Assembly (NCBI GenBank): GCA_010015805.1
Contig: ML978138.1
Location: 124,001-188,000 of the forward strand
Reading direction: 5' to 3'
DNA from: Rhizodiscina lignyota
Lineage: Eukaryota
Length of the DNA stretch: 64,000 nt
The notes beneath the pieces are model-generated. The model was not told the origin of the DNA. It was given only the letters and a program-made list of their open reading frames with translations, and did not search any database. This document shows positions 40,418-51,766 of the stretch, piece by piece. Positions within the stretch are counted from its first letter, which is position 1. Each line of letters begins with the position of its first letter. Both the position numbers and the translations under genes were made by a program.

Positions 40418-41257
40418 CTACTCATCTTGAATTATAACGTCTGTATAGTCCAGCTTAAATACACTAGGGCCACTCAACATGGCACGACCTCCCAAGGCAG
40501 GGACACCATTGACCGCTGGCTGCTCCGGCTTGCGAAAGACTACGCGCCTGAATGTCGGAAATTTCAGCCCATTGAACTCTTGAGCATCGAAAACGTAGTG
40601 CGCAACGGCACCGGCATTCGGGTCAGCTGGATCGAGGAGGACTTCCGGGGCGTAGTCAATCCTTCGCAGCATGAAGTCTGCATCGAAATAGAATAGCTGT
40701 CTCTTGCAATGCGCAGGATAGTAGTCTGGAAAGCTAACCTCTAGCACACGCCAGGTTTCTCCGTTCTCATTATGCGATCCAATCTCTCTCGTTTCGAATC
40801 CGGGCCTGACGAAGTAGAACGGAGAAGTGACGTAGTGGTGCATGCCACGCGAAAGGAAGTACACCAGGTGGAGATCATCCCAATTGGACTCCTTTGTGAG
40901 CGTCTTGAAAGCCTCCCTGGGGTTGTCCAGCGATGCGATGACCGTCCCATCTTCCTGTTCGGTCCATGCGCGGTGCGGAGCGTAAAACGACCTGTCTCCA
41001 GGTTTACAATCTTTCCCAAGGCTTTTAACAATAGTTTTCGGCTCTTTTGCATCAACGGTGATGGTGAACTGATATCTTTCGTGGCCTCTTATGGCCAAAA
41101 CAGCGCCGGACAAGTTGATGCTGATTTCAACAGATTTCACTTTGCTCCAGCGAACGAGACCACCGTGCGCGTCGATAGCGGATTGCAGAAGACTGGAATA
41201 TCTTATTAGCATATCATCGACTGCGAGGATTGATTTTACGACTAACTTGTTCGCCAT
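40418..41257 (-). CDS. Conserved hypothetical protein (bacterial/fungal AHGGLxRW family)
   Basis: Exons 41257-41247 and 41192-40418; 54-nt in-frame intron GTTAGT..GCTAAT..CAG. Motifs IDAHGGLVRW, WDDLHLVYF, H..RQLFYFD..LRRIDY, FPTFRRV. Confidence 0.8.
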   Translation of the reverse strand: MANKLVVKSILAVDDMLIRYSSLLQSAIDAHGGLVRWSKVKSVEISINLSGAVLAIRGHERYQFTITVDAKEPKTIVKSLGKDCKPGDRSFYAPHRAWTEQEDGTVIASLDNPREAFKTLTKESNWDDLHLVYFLSRGMHHYVTSPFYFVRPGFETREIGSHNENGETWRVLEVSFPDYYPAHCKRQLFYFDADFMLRRIDYAPEVLLDPADPNAGAVAHYVFDAQEFNGLKFPTFRRVVFRKPEQPAVNGVPALGGRAMLSGPSVFKLDYTDVIIQDE

Positions 41258-42225
41258 TGCTGGATATCGCTAATGCAATTTGTACGAGTTGTATAGAAGA
41301 GAAAAAGGTAGCCTTAGACTCAAAGGACGAATGCTAGCTGAGTGCAAATGATACTAAAGCTTGAGAGACATAGTAGAGGTAACCATTTCGGACATCTTTT
41401 ATATCGCGAAGTAGACAATAAAGGTGCAATTGATTCCTATGCTCAGAAGGAGAAAACAAGTTCATATTGCAGCGCTGTCCGTTTCCTAATCGGATGATGA
41501 ATACTGAACGTTGATAGTAATCAGATCATTATAGAGTCTATCCCTCGGAAGGTTTCTATCAGCTCATCAATTAAGCGTCTGGATGTCCAAGACGCAGCGG
41601 AAGGCTTCGCGGATTCCAGGATTTTGGGCAACTCGCAATTTCGCATTTCGTGAATGACTAGTGTCAAGTCGCCTCAAAGAATTTGGAATTCAATAAAGGA
41701 GTAGTTGGTATATGAAAGGAAGATGGATAGGAGTAAAAGGAATGCTGACAAAGATACTTTGCTCAATTCCGCGGTGCCTTTGCGCTGATTCAGCCAGCTA
41801 CGATAATCGCCATTCCCGTACTCTAAAGGAGGACAGACCAACAAGAGCGAGCGGCAGACATGCGGCAAGGCGGCAGGGTTGCGGCAGCAGGGCTTCAATT
41901 CACTTTATTCAGCGATCTCGCAATTCAGCATTATGAGACCTGTGGAATGACTTGGGTTGAGTTGACTTTGAATATGTGGAATCAGGAGCTCAATGACGGT
42001 GTAGTGCAGAGAGGGGCGCAGCATCAGATCCTGCAAGGCGTCCTCAGCCTGATCGGAAACAAGCTCACTTCAACAACACTTCAATCATGGCCCATGAGGA
42101 TAATTACTCACGTCGAAAACATCTAGTATGAAGCGACGCGAAGAACTCCTCAAGCAATGACAAACTCAGATGTTGGACGACAATCGAATTTACCACGCTC
42201 CCGAAACTGCAGAGCTAGTGACAAC

Positions 42226-43470
42226 ATGTTCAATGTCGAGATTGAAAATCAGGCCTGGCTTTATTTTCCAGGAGACCGTTTCACCGGTGTTGTCATTCTA
42301 GAAGCGGCCGTCTCTCTCGACATTAGTACTATCACCATTAAATTTCACGGCAAAAGCAAGACAAAAGTCGCAACCGAGACCGAATCTGGGTGGAACGTAC
42401 AGAAGATATTTGAACAGTCGAGGACGCTATACTCCCGTGACAAGTACGCTGGAGAGCCTCCTCTGTCAGCTGGAACTCACAAATGGAGTTTCACTTTTCA
42501 ATTCCCCCAGCATTTGGCATGCTATCCACCACGATTTCTCTTCATCCCATCCGAGCGAAGGCGTATTGCATGGGTAGTCTATGAAGTCAAGGCATACGTC
42601 GACGGCACGGGAATTAAAGACACCGCGAAGGCAAAGCTGGTATTTTGGCCAAGCAGAAGAACCAGACTCGAAAACGGCCCGATGCCAGTAGAGTTTCGCA
42701 AGCCCTTGATATTTCCAGTGCCACCAGCAAAAAGTCGGCAAATAAGCAAGGTGGCATTGCTTTTGAAGAGAGCTTCAAAGAAAGTCGAATGCTCTGTTAC
42801 GCTTTTCATTCCGCGGTTCGCCATTCTCTCCGAACCCATATCACTTCAAATCAGCTTCGACTGGAATAACAATCTGGTAGACGACGAGAATACAACGCTG
42901 TCTCAGGCAAGGCTTACTGCGATAAGGATACGACTGTATTCAATTACCGGAATCGGATACAAAACACCTCATACTCTTTCATCTCAGTCTCCAATCAAAA
43001 CTGCCTCATACACGGATATGTCTATTCCGATCTCTAAAGGCCGTGTTAACTTGCACGATCTACTCCCGGCACCTTTTGTCATCAACGCTGAGCCGTACAA
43101 GGGTATGGACATGTCAGGGTGTCAAGATAATCCATTCTCTCTCGGGCCCTTGTGCCCGTCATTCGAGACACCAATGATCTCACGAACCTATCGACTGGAG
43201 ATATCAGGGACAATTTTCTGTGCAGGAAAATACAGAGGGTTTCATGTCCAGAGCGGCGAGATTGTCTTGCTCTCGCACGTCTTGCACCGAGACTTTGCTA
43301 TGAAGGATGACGCCCTCGTAGAAATGGATCACGCAGCCGAAAGGGAGCGAGCGGAGGTGATGGGCCAGGATGTCTTAGAGATTGATGGAATACAGCAAAC
43401 GCTAGAGATTCCAACAGCAGGAAATGAGGTATTGGAACTAGAAACTCCGCTTCCGGAGTTGAATGGATAG
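42226..43470 (+). CDS. Arrestin-like (arrestin_N fold) protein
   Basis: YFPGDRFTGVVIL..ITIKFHGKSKTKV, LSAGTHKWSFTFQFP..YPP, VVYEVKA, PSFETPMISRTYRL; intronless. Confidence 0.75.
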   Translation: MFNVEIENQAWLYFPGDRFTGVVILEAAVSLDISTITIKFHGKSKTKVATETESGWNVQKIFEQSRTLYSRDKYAGEPPLSAGTHKWSFTFQFPQHLACYPPRFLFIPSERRRIAWVVYEVKAYVDGTGIKDTAKAKLVFWPSRRTRLENGPMPVEFRKPLIFPVPPAKSRQISKVALLLKRASKKVECSVTLFIPRFAILSEPISLQISFDWNNNLVDDENTTLSQARLTAIRIRLYSITGIGYKTPHTLSSQSPIKTASYTDMSIPISKGRVNLHDLLPAPFVINAEPYKGMDMSGCQDNPFSLGPLCPSFETPMISRTYRLEISGTIFCAGKYRGFHVQSGEIVLLSHVLHRDFAMKDDALVEMDHAAERERAEVMGQDVLEIDGIQQTLEIPTAGNEVLELETPLPELNG

Positions 43471-43673
43471 TGAACGCTACCTCTCAAGCCATTTGACCGT
43501 TTTAACGATTCTAGCACTTTACAAAACTTGCGCCATTGAAGGTGACATTAACGTTACACCACGCCACGATACGACAGTTGGAGAAAACAAGAGAGTCAAG
43601 CAAAAGTCTGAATACTCTGCGACTCGTATGGAAGAAAAGAAACACATGCAGCTTAGAACTGCACCCTTGTACG

Positions 43674-45788
43674 TTACGAAGAAAGGCCTCCATTTACAAA
43701 ATCGTCGAATTTCTGATTCCTCCTTGAATGATCATGCACATCCTTTTCATCATCTTCCGGCTCTGGGAAACAGTTCTCAATGGCGTGCACCCACTTCTCG
43801 CTAAGGTTCTGTATCCTCACGTCGCCATACGGCTTTGACTTGAGCCACTTCCTCCAGCGTTGAACGACACTGACCGCAATATTCGCGTTGATTTCGAACC
43901 ATTCTTTGTGCTCAACCCCCCTTGCAATGTGGTCCGGATTGTTGCATTTGAAATCGGCCTTCTGGACTGTCTTTAACTCCATGTGAGCCAGTCGCTCCAG
44001 CTTGGCTGAATGATAAATCTTGCACTGAAGATGATCCGATACGACTTCCAAATCGTCAAGCCGACAGGTCTTCCGAATCTCTCGAAGACGATGCTGGATG
44101 TCGACCGCTTTGCCCACTTTCACTAGGCCAGGTCGAGATCGCGATCGTAAAACGTAGACGTAGCCTTCTTGATTAATCGGGGCTAGAATCTCATCCTTTA
44201 TGGCCTGGTATGACTCCCAAGGCAATGTGCAAGGGAAGAGCTCCGGGTCAGCGTCAATAGCGGATAGAGTAGGGATGGTCATCGGCTCCGGTTCATCACT
44301 CTGCGCATCCGGTTGATCGCCACTGGCAGCAGCTGGTCCTGAAACATGCCCCGACGCAGTTTGCTCTACAGTGCTTGTTTCACTGGCGGGTAAATCGCTG
44401 TTGACTTGCTCGCTTGAGGCCATTTCGGATGCGACTGGTGATTCTTCGTCCTTACTGCCTGTATTGTTTTCTGGATATTCCATAGAAATACGGATCAAAG
44501 GCGTCGGAGGTGGTTCGGATTGGTTGTTTGTGACTATATCAGCATTGACTTCGGGCAGTGCGGAGTCCGTTTTTGGGGGCATGTCAGATCCATCACTAGA
44601 GTCCGATTCAGAGGGTGGATGAGGGAGTTCCAGTCCAGAAGCAGGAACCTCAGCAGAAGGTATAACCCTTTCTGTTAGAGGACTGGTATCCCCACCCAAT
44701 GGATCTTCCTCAACGCTCATCTCATCTTCAGAATCCCCAGTAAGATCAATCGGTTCGCGGTGTACTGTTGGAGAATGGGGCACGGGGCTTGAAGCCGGCG
44801 TTGGTAGCGACGCTTCGGCATCGTCGGGCTCTTCCATGCCTGTAGCGAGTTGACGGAACCAGTTCAAGGCAATGACTGAAACCCGCTTCTCCGAAGAATG
44901 CCACCTGCACAGAAGCGGATGAACGATCTCAGATAACTTTTGTGGGTTCAGGACCATGGGGTCTCGCCGGAGCATCCGGCGCAGTTTTTCAACGGGCCGC
45001 TGTCGACGGCATCGTTGCAACGACTTAGTTGCTACGCCGATGCAATCTATGGAATTTTGCGAAAAGATAGCCCTGTATGTCTCGATGAAGTTCGGGGTTT
45101 TATCGATCAAACGCTTCCTATGTCGTGTGCTCCGAGTGTTCTTGTCGGTAGTGGGAGTGCGGATGGATTGTAGGGTGGTTGGGGCCTCATGAACGGAGCC
45201 GCCATCGCCATGAACATTGAGTGGATTTGTTGAGGACTTCTGTCGCTTGTGAATGGGTGTCTCATAATCGAGCCCAGCCGACCGCTTCGAGGCCGGTCTC
45301 CCTGACGGATTCTCAGAGTCAGCAGTCGGGGGAGAAGCATCCCTCGTGGCAGGGCCTTGTGCACAAATTCTCGCCAGGTGCTCGCTCGGGATCTTCAAGG
45401 TGACGATCAACGTGTCTTCCGTCTCTTTTCGAGGGGAGCTAGTTGGCAATTCAGCGTTTCTAGATGCGGATGCTACATCAAGACGAGAGCACCATCCAGC
45501 ACGATAGAAGAATCCAGCATTGAATCGCTTTGTGTCATGATGGTGCTTAACGCACAGGAGATGGCGCTTAAAAGACTTGACATCTTGGAGGGTGAGTTCG
45601 GTAGACTTGAATACATTATCAAGTCTACGGAGGTCTCGCTTCTCCAACTTTACAAGCTCGGGACATCTGCTGTGGGATGTTGTGTAATAAGCACACTGGA
45701 TCTGGTCAGTCTCGCCGCTGAAGATCTCCCTTCGGAGTTCTTCAAATGGGACGAAGATCTTAATATCAGATCCTGCAACAATAGCCAT
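43674..45788 (-). CDS. T5orf172/MUG113 (GIY-YIG-like) domain protein with two Cys/His motifs
   Basis: C-terminal EGYVYVL..GLVKVGKA..IQHRL..C..KLERLAHMEL..C..HKEWFE..VVQRW; N-terminal C..RC..LLCxxH motifs twice; first ATG 45788; intronless. Confidence 0.85.
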   Translation of the reverse strand: MAIVAGSDIKIFVPFEELRREIFSGETDQIQCAYYTTSHSRCPELVKLEKRDLRRLDNVFKSTELTLQDVKSFKRHLLCVKHHHDTKRFNAGFFYRAGWCSRLDVASASRNAELPTSSPRKETEDTLIVTLKIPSEHLARICAQGPATRDASPPTADSENPSGRPASKRSAGLDYETPIHKRQKSSTNPLNVHGDGGSVHEAPTTLQSIRTPTTDKNTRSTRHRKRLIDKTPNFIETYRAIFSQNSIDCIGVATKSLQRCRRQRPVEKLRRMLRRDPMVLNPQKLSEIVHPLLCRWHSSEKRVSVIALNWFRQLATGMEEPDDAEASLPTPASSPVPHSPTVHREPIDLTGDSEDEMSVEEDPLGGDTSPLTERVIPSAEVPASGLELPHPPSESDSSDGSDMPPKTDSALPEVNADIVTNNQSEPPPTPLIRISMEYPENNTGSKDEESPVASEMASSEQVNSDLPASETSTVEQTASGHVSGPAAASGDQPDAQSDEPEPMTIPTLSAIDADPELFPCTLPWESYQAIKDEILAPINQEGYVYVLRSRSRPGLVKVGKAVDIQHRLREIRKTCRLDDLEVVSDHLQCKIYHSAKLERLAHMELKTVQKADFKCNNPDHIARGVEHKEWFEINANIAVSVVQRWRKWLKSKPYGDVRIQNLSEKWVHAIENCFPEPEDDEKDVHDHSRRNQKFDDFVNGGLSS

Positions 45789-47509
45789 TGGCAAGGGAGC
45801 ATGAAACAAATGTGATTACAATTTAAGAAGCGCAAGACGGAGGAACGCAGTGCCCTTCGAACAGCGAAAGGAAGAAGAAGGTGGCAGCTCAGCAGATACG
45901 GTGTAACGCGGGGACTTATTGCTCTCGCCAGCCACTCTGTCGCCTACGCAGGGGGACTGGAAACCATGAAAAATGGTACGAGTACAGCCTCGTTGGCTTT
46001 GATCGCAGGCTGGCCTGAGCGACCCTGCAAATGGCTCAGTCGTTGACCTCCGGAGAGGGTAGAGAGTAGTGAAGAAAAATACAGAGTCCAGAAGTCTTGA
46101 AAGGATGTGACTGATAACGTTTTAGAGTGCAAATAGAGTTTGAAGGAAGTAAGTGGCTGACACTCTGTTCGCAGCGGATCCCGCAACATCATTGCGAAGG
46201 TCTTTACTAGACATCCTGAATAGCAATGCCGATACACCACGCCTTAGCGCCGTAAAAGATACTTCATATGCTATAGCAGTCTGTATCGGTCTCGCAAGTT
46301 GAATTGAACGGAAACGAACAGAAGCTGAGAGATGAGTCTATGTGCTGTGCCGCAGCCACATGTCTGGGGTTTCGTCAGTTTGGGACCAATACGGCTCGAA
46401 TTACATCCCGCCCACGCTGACAATAGATAAAGGGAATAACATTACGTAAATTAAATGTTCAAGTAAATCAAAAGGTCTTCCTTAGGCAGCAAAAGGCAAA
46501 CCAGATGTTATGAATCAAGGAGAGCTTTATCGCAAACTTTTCCCAGCCGTTCTGGCATACAGTAGTCGTATCATACCAAGCCTGATTACGACCTTTTGTT
46601 GCTTAAACTCCTTTCTTGGGTTTCACAGTGGAGGTGCTTCGTATGATTCTGCTCGCAAGCATTCGCGAAAAAGTTATAAGTTGGCCTCATCGAATGTGGC
46701 GTTCAGAAGAGGGCCGCAGGTTAATCTTCGGCTTATCGTACGATAACGCTTTGACAGCCGAGAACAGCCCGAAAGGTGGCTGGGCGGGCGTGGCTGGGAG
46801 CGATCGTGTGCGGCCTCAAAGAAGCGGTCGACACCACGTTTGAAAGTGATCCCACCAAAATCCATTTCCTCTTTTAACTCTAAAGCTTAAGGCTATGCCA
46901 ACAAGCACAACAACTACACTGATCTCCTTAGATGCCTGAGTAGCACTACTGGCGTGGTGCTAGACTGTCTCGAATACACCATCCACGATATGTAAAGTAG
47001 CGTTGGGCATGCAGAAGTACTTCACCAACCACGCCATCTGGGGAGATCCGAATCATGGAATATGTCCCTCCCGTTATTCCCGGATGCAGGCGCAATAGAA
47101 GCTGTGCGATTCGTCGAACCCAGGACTTAGGGACTGTGTATGGAACCTAATGAAGCCGCATGCCGCGCCTGTGGGAGAGAGTTCCTTTCGAGACAACAAA
47201 GGTCCTGATCTTAAGACGGCATCGACTATCTGTGACTTTTGGGCCAGAATTGCTGCGAATATCTCTGCACCGAGACTCACTGAAGGCATTACTGGTGATC
47301 ATCTCAACTACCGTGTTCCATTGTCTGAGGATGGAGAACAGGTCGTGTTTCAGGGAGAACTCTGGTTCTCAGGGGCATCGGGCCCCTATTCGTTCTCGCT
47401 ATTAAAATGGAAGAGCTGAATACGTGAGTAATGAGAGTAAGCGGATTTGACAATATGTTATTTGATCGTACCGTTGCAAGTACAACCCACATGCTTGTGC
47501 TGACTACAA

Positions 47510-48377
47510 TCAAGCCATTGTGTTTACATTTTTGAAGGCCAATTCTCTGCGATCCCTGTAAATTGTACATGGATTGAATTGCCAAGCGCCACGATGTCGC
47601 CTGGCAAATAAGTAGTGAATGATGTAAGGCACGAAAAATGGCACGGCCGGGAAGTCATGCATGCCACCTTCGAAGCTCCTGTCGGCGGTTCCAAACACTA
47701 GGGGTGCGACTCGATACTAGGACGGAGTTAGTGATGTGAACGAGTTTCGTCATACGTCCAAGTAGATCTGACATTGTCTGTGTCCATTAACATTTTTTCG
47801 AATCGTTGGTAAGCTTGCCGTATACGCCCGCTGTCGTACACGTCGAGAACGCGCAGAGTGTCAATCTCTTCATGCAGATGTCGAGTTAACGGTTCCGCAA
47901 AACCTTCGATGAGACTCCTGATTTTCTGTCCGTCATAGTCTTCGGGTGAACAAGTCCGCGAGTACGCCTGAAACAGATCAAATCCGGGCGTAAATGCTTG
48001 GTGTTGCTCAACGTTGCGCCCCATAAGCCCCTGAACACCTGATATCCGCTCTATACTTGGGAAGAATTCCTGTTCTTCGGCGTCGTGGTGGTGGTGCATG
48101 GATTCACACCAACATTGGCAATATGTCAGAAAGTCCTGAACCACTTCCGGGTCTTTGCGTGGTATGTGCGGCGCTTGGAGGTAGATGGAGTTCAGCCCTC
48201 GGAGTATGCCATTGTGGGCAAGCGCCATTTGCGTTGCCACATAGTATGCCGCATGTGAGGACTGCAGGCAGGCTTTGAGTGACGCAAACTTTCGTGGTGA
48301 AATGACTTACGTACGTCTCGTGAGAATGGAGTAGTTGAGATAAGAGAGTACGGCTCATCCGCCCATTGAGTAGACAT
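47510..48377 (-). CDS. Hemerythrin/HHE cation-binding domain protein
   Basis: Exons 48377-48315, 48261-47773, 47716-47510. WADEPY, MALAHNGILRGLNSIYLQA, HHHHDAEE..FFP, NVEQHQAF, HLHEEI, RHRGAWQFNPC. Confidence 0.88.
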
Positions 48378-48386
48378 ACTGGGCTT

Positions 48387-48417
48387 GTCTGATGGTATCA
48401 CAGTCTGATGGTATCAC
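48387..48417. repeat. 16-bp tandem duplication in hemerythrin 5' UTR
   Basis: GTCTGATGGTATCACA GTCTGATGGTATCAC. Confidence 0.85.
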
Positions 48418-48992
48418 GAATCTGTTCAGTATGGAGTAAGAGGAGATTAGGTTAGCGACACACATAATGGAACGAGGATACACTATTTAATAATATTTGG
48501 GAGTGGCTGGAGATTAACAAATCCTGATATACTTGGCGTACTGCCTAGAGTATGCAACCCTCGAAAACTACCCGACCCCGATCAAAATGACCCGCTTTTC
48601 TTGTACTTTAACCACGCACGCCGACGACTTTCTAAACGCCGACCAATTTCTAACCCGCCCGAGCTACAACCACAATATCTCGGCTTAACAATTATACCTA
48701 GCTCTGCATAGGAGCTTGGCGTAGAAATCGACTCGACATGGAACTTATACATTGTCAGAGGTGTTCATTCAACCTCCTGCAGCCCTTTTGTGTTGTTGGC
48801 GCCGCTGGCGTCACCACCCACGGTGTAGGTATATTAGGATGTTCGCCTTCTCTCCTAGATTTATCCTTCTTTCAATCAACTTGTTCAGATCACACTCCGA
48901 GTTTTTGTTGCTGAGTGCTCAACATACATAAGGACCCCCGAACCAGAGCAAACCTCGCCTTTTGCTATACTCAGGGCAACTGAATAGCAACC

Positions 48993-49863
48993 ATGAAGGT
49001 CCTTCTTCTTGGCGCAACCGGCAACCTAGGTTCTCGTCTCATCCCAGCGCTGCTCACGCATGGACATAGTGTTGTCGCGTTTGTCCGGTCCTCGAACAAA
49101 CTCGAGTCTCTTCTTCCGACATCTGTATATCAGCAAATTACAGTCGTCCAGGGCGATGCCACGGACCCAACCTCAGTCAAGATGGCCATCTTGTATGCCG
49201 AATGTGATGCCGTCGTCAGTTCTGCCGGTGTAGCGGCTATGGCTCCCTGGGGGAAAAGTCAATTGCCTACGATATTTCGCGCAGTCCTGAATGGTGTACG
49301 AGAAGCGGGAACGGATAGGAAAAAACCGTTGAGAATTTGGTTCTTAGGTGGCTTGGGAGTTTTATATTACCCAGGAACAGAATCAATGCTCTCGAACTAG
49401 TATGTGTAATCCTAGCGGCGCTCTCATTTAATACACGCGGGTTGTACCTGCTTTTTGAAGAGTAGCTCGGAGACTCATTAGCTCTGGAATACTAATTGGC
49501 TGTAGTATTCCGATCTTCCTCGAACATCGCCAAAATATCCGCCTTCTTAAATCTCTTCCGTCGAATACAGTTGACTGGTCTATGCTTTGCCCAAGCACTA
49601 TGACCCCTGAATCTTCAGACCTCAGTGTGCCTACAAAGGCTTCGCAAGGGAAATTGATTGCAACTGCCGGGACTCCACCTTTATGGCAGGACTCTTGGCT
49701 AAAGTTCGTCCCTTTAATCGGGAAAATCCTAGTAGCAGCGATGAATGCCAGTCGCTACGAGACTACACTTGAACAGAGTGCAGAATTCATCGCTAGTGAC
49801 CTTGAAAGTTACGAGAGCCGCTGGATCGGGATGAGGGTGGGAGTTATTGACGGGTCAAAGTGA
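48993..49863 (+). CDS. Atypical SDR / NAD(P)-binding Rossmann protein (flavin-reductase/NmrA-like)
   Basis: Exons 48993-49399 and 49506-49863 (106-nt intron). MKVLLLGATGNLG, VAFVR, VVQGDA, LGGLG, DWSMLCP. Confidence 0.87.
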
Positions 49864-50063
49864 ATTCACCGCGTGGTGAAGGATGTCACAGTATTTTCTG
49901 CATTAGGAGTGTTCCGCGAAGACGACAGCTCACCGAACATATCGAAAGTGCTGACTGACCGGACTCCAAAAAGGACATAATATTTGAATTCAGCACTTCT
50001 TGTTATTAGTTGCAAGTGTAATTCTAGTACTCATATCTCATGAAGGCTTTCGCATTTTCGATT

Positions 50064-51766
50064 CTACGACAGTCTCGCATATGGCGAAGAATGCCATGAG
50101 GCGGGCAATTGCCATGTAGTTACGGTCGAGTTCGGCACCAATCCCTGCCACACTTCCGAGCTGCCTGTAAACTGCAACGTGACATTGGCGTCCTTCAAGT
50201 TGTTCATGAAAACAACCGCCCAAGATTTCTGCAACAGTCAGCTTTGATCCGAGAAGGGATAGTATCACGAAGAATGTTTGACCTACATCTGGATTTTGTG
50301 TGGCGATGATATAGAATTGGTTGGCAATCAATGGGCTGCCGTAATTGCCTTTGATGACACGGTAGTTGATAGCTCCACGGCGGATGAAGCGCGAGAACTG
50401 GCCGATCATGTAGTAGTCGTTCGTCTTTTCGTATACGCGGCTAGAGTGGACGACGATAGAGCCCTTGCATCCAGCACATCCTCCGGTGGTTGTGTGCGGG
50501 CCGAAGTCTGGGTTGGTGCCCATGACCCACATGGCAGCTGCAGAGGCGTGGTGCTGGACTGGACGAATGAAGTTGTCGGCTACTTCGAAGTTGATGCTGC
50601 CGGCCTTCGGCTCGAAATTGGAGCACTCGGTCATGAATTGCAGCATATCCGGATTGTCGTAGAAGAAGTCGTCCAACTTGGAGTAATTCGCGACCGGGCT
50701 TTCGTAACAGTGCCAAGCTGCTGCCTGTATTTGACCAGGAGCACCGTCGACAACACGTTGAGGATATGACGGTTGATCTAGAAGGGTTCAGAATCTTGAG
50801 ACTCGAGTTCAGCAGTAACTTATGAATGTTAATACCTGTGTTATGGTCATATGCCCATATTCCGACATCGCGCTGAGCCATAAGCTCACCGAGGCCAGCC
50901 TGTGCGACCAGGATTCCTTCATCAGCAGCATCAAGATACATGCATGGATAGCCACCCTGAGGGTTAAGAGGTTCGTTCTCCATGGTAATGCCGCTGATCT
51001 TGGCCCCGCGCTCTGCGAACGCATCAATATACTTTGCAAAGTATTGAGCATACGATTCGTAGTAACGGATGTTGAATGTGTTGTTTGTGATCGAGTACGA
51101 GCCTTCGCCATTCACGTTGAGGTTCGGGGCAATGAAAAGTCGGTTCTTCTTCATCCATGCAGGAGCAGACCACGGCGAACCGAATACCGTAACATCGGAT
51201 TTGTATTCTCCCATCTTAGCAATCATGTCAGCCATGGCCCTTCCATGAGGTCCAATGTCGAAATGAGAGAGTTCTAGATCTGGTTCGTTATCCGGAGTAT
51301 CGTCGTATGAGTAGTTTTCGCCGCTCAGATCACTGGATCCAATTGAGTGACGCATAAAGCCCATGTTGTTTCCTTCAGCGCCGAAGAGTTCGGTCAGTAG
51401 CTGGTCAAGGACATCTGCATCTAGCTCATTAAAAACGGTCACAGTTGAATCCGTCCATGCATGACCGAAGCCGGCCATCTCTTGCATTTGACCATGAGCA
51501 TCATCGATGACAACGCTATATCCTCCAGTTGAATTCGACGAGCGCCGAACCGGTGCAGGACCGTGCGCTAACTGCCTTGTCGAATTCGCTCTTAGTGGAA
51601 TCTTTGCGTCCGTGATCCATGACGCTGCCTCTTTCACTGGATTGTTGATGTCACCAATGCCTCCCTTATGACCAGAGCCGCCATTTATGCCCAAATTGCC
51701 AAGTCTCTGGGAAGTGACTTGGTTTGCCAGCAAGCTGCCAAGGACTGCGTAGATAGTGAAGGCCAT
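50064..51766 (-). CDS. Secreted glycoside hydrolase family 30 (endo-beta-1,6-glucanase-like)
   Basis: Exons 51766-50836, 50777-50287, 50228-50064. Signal peptide; GFGHAWTD, MRHSIGSSDLS, GSPWSAPAWMK, ENEP (acid/base), YDHNTD, AWHCY, FMTEC (nucleophile). Confidence 0.9.

Noticed and set aside
47074..47419. Short ORFs between the T5orf172 and hemerythrin genes, and similar ones at 52300-52950
   Set aside because: No motifs, splice structure or codon bias to support them.
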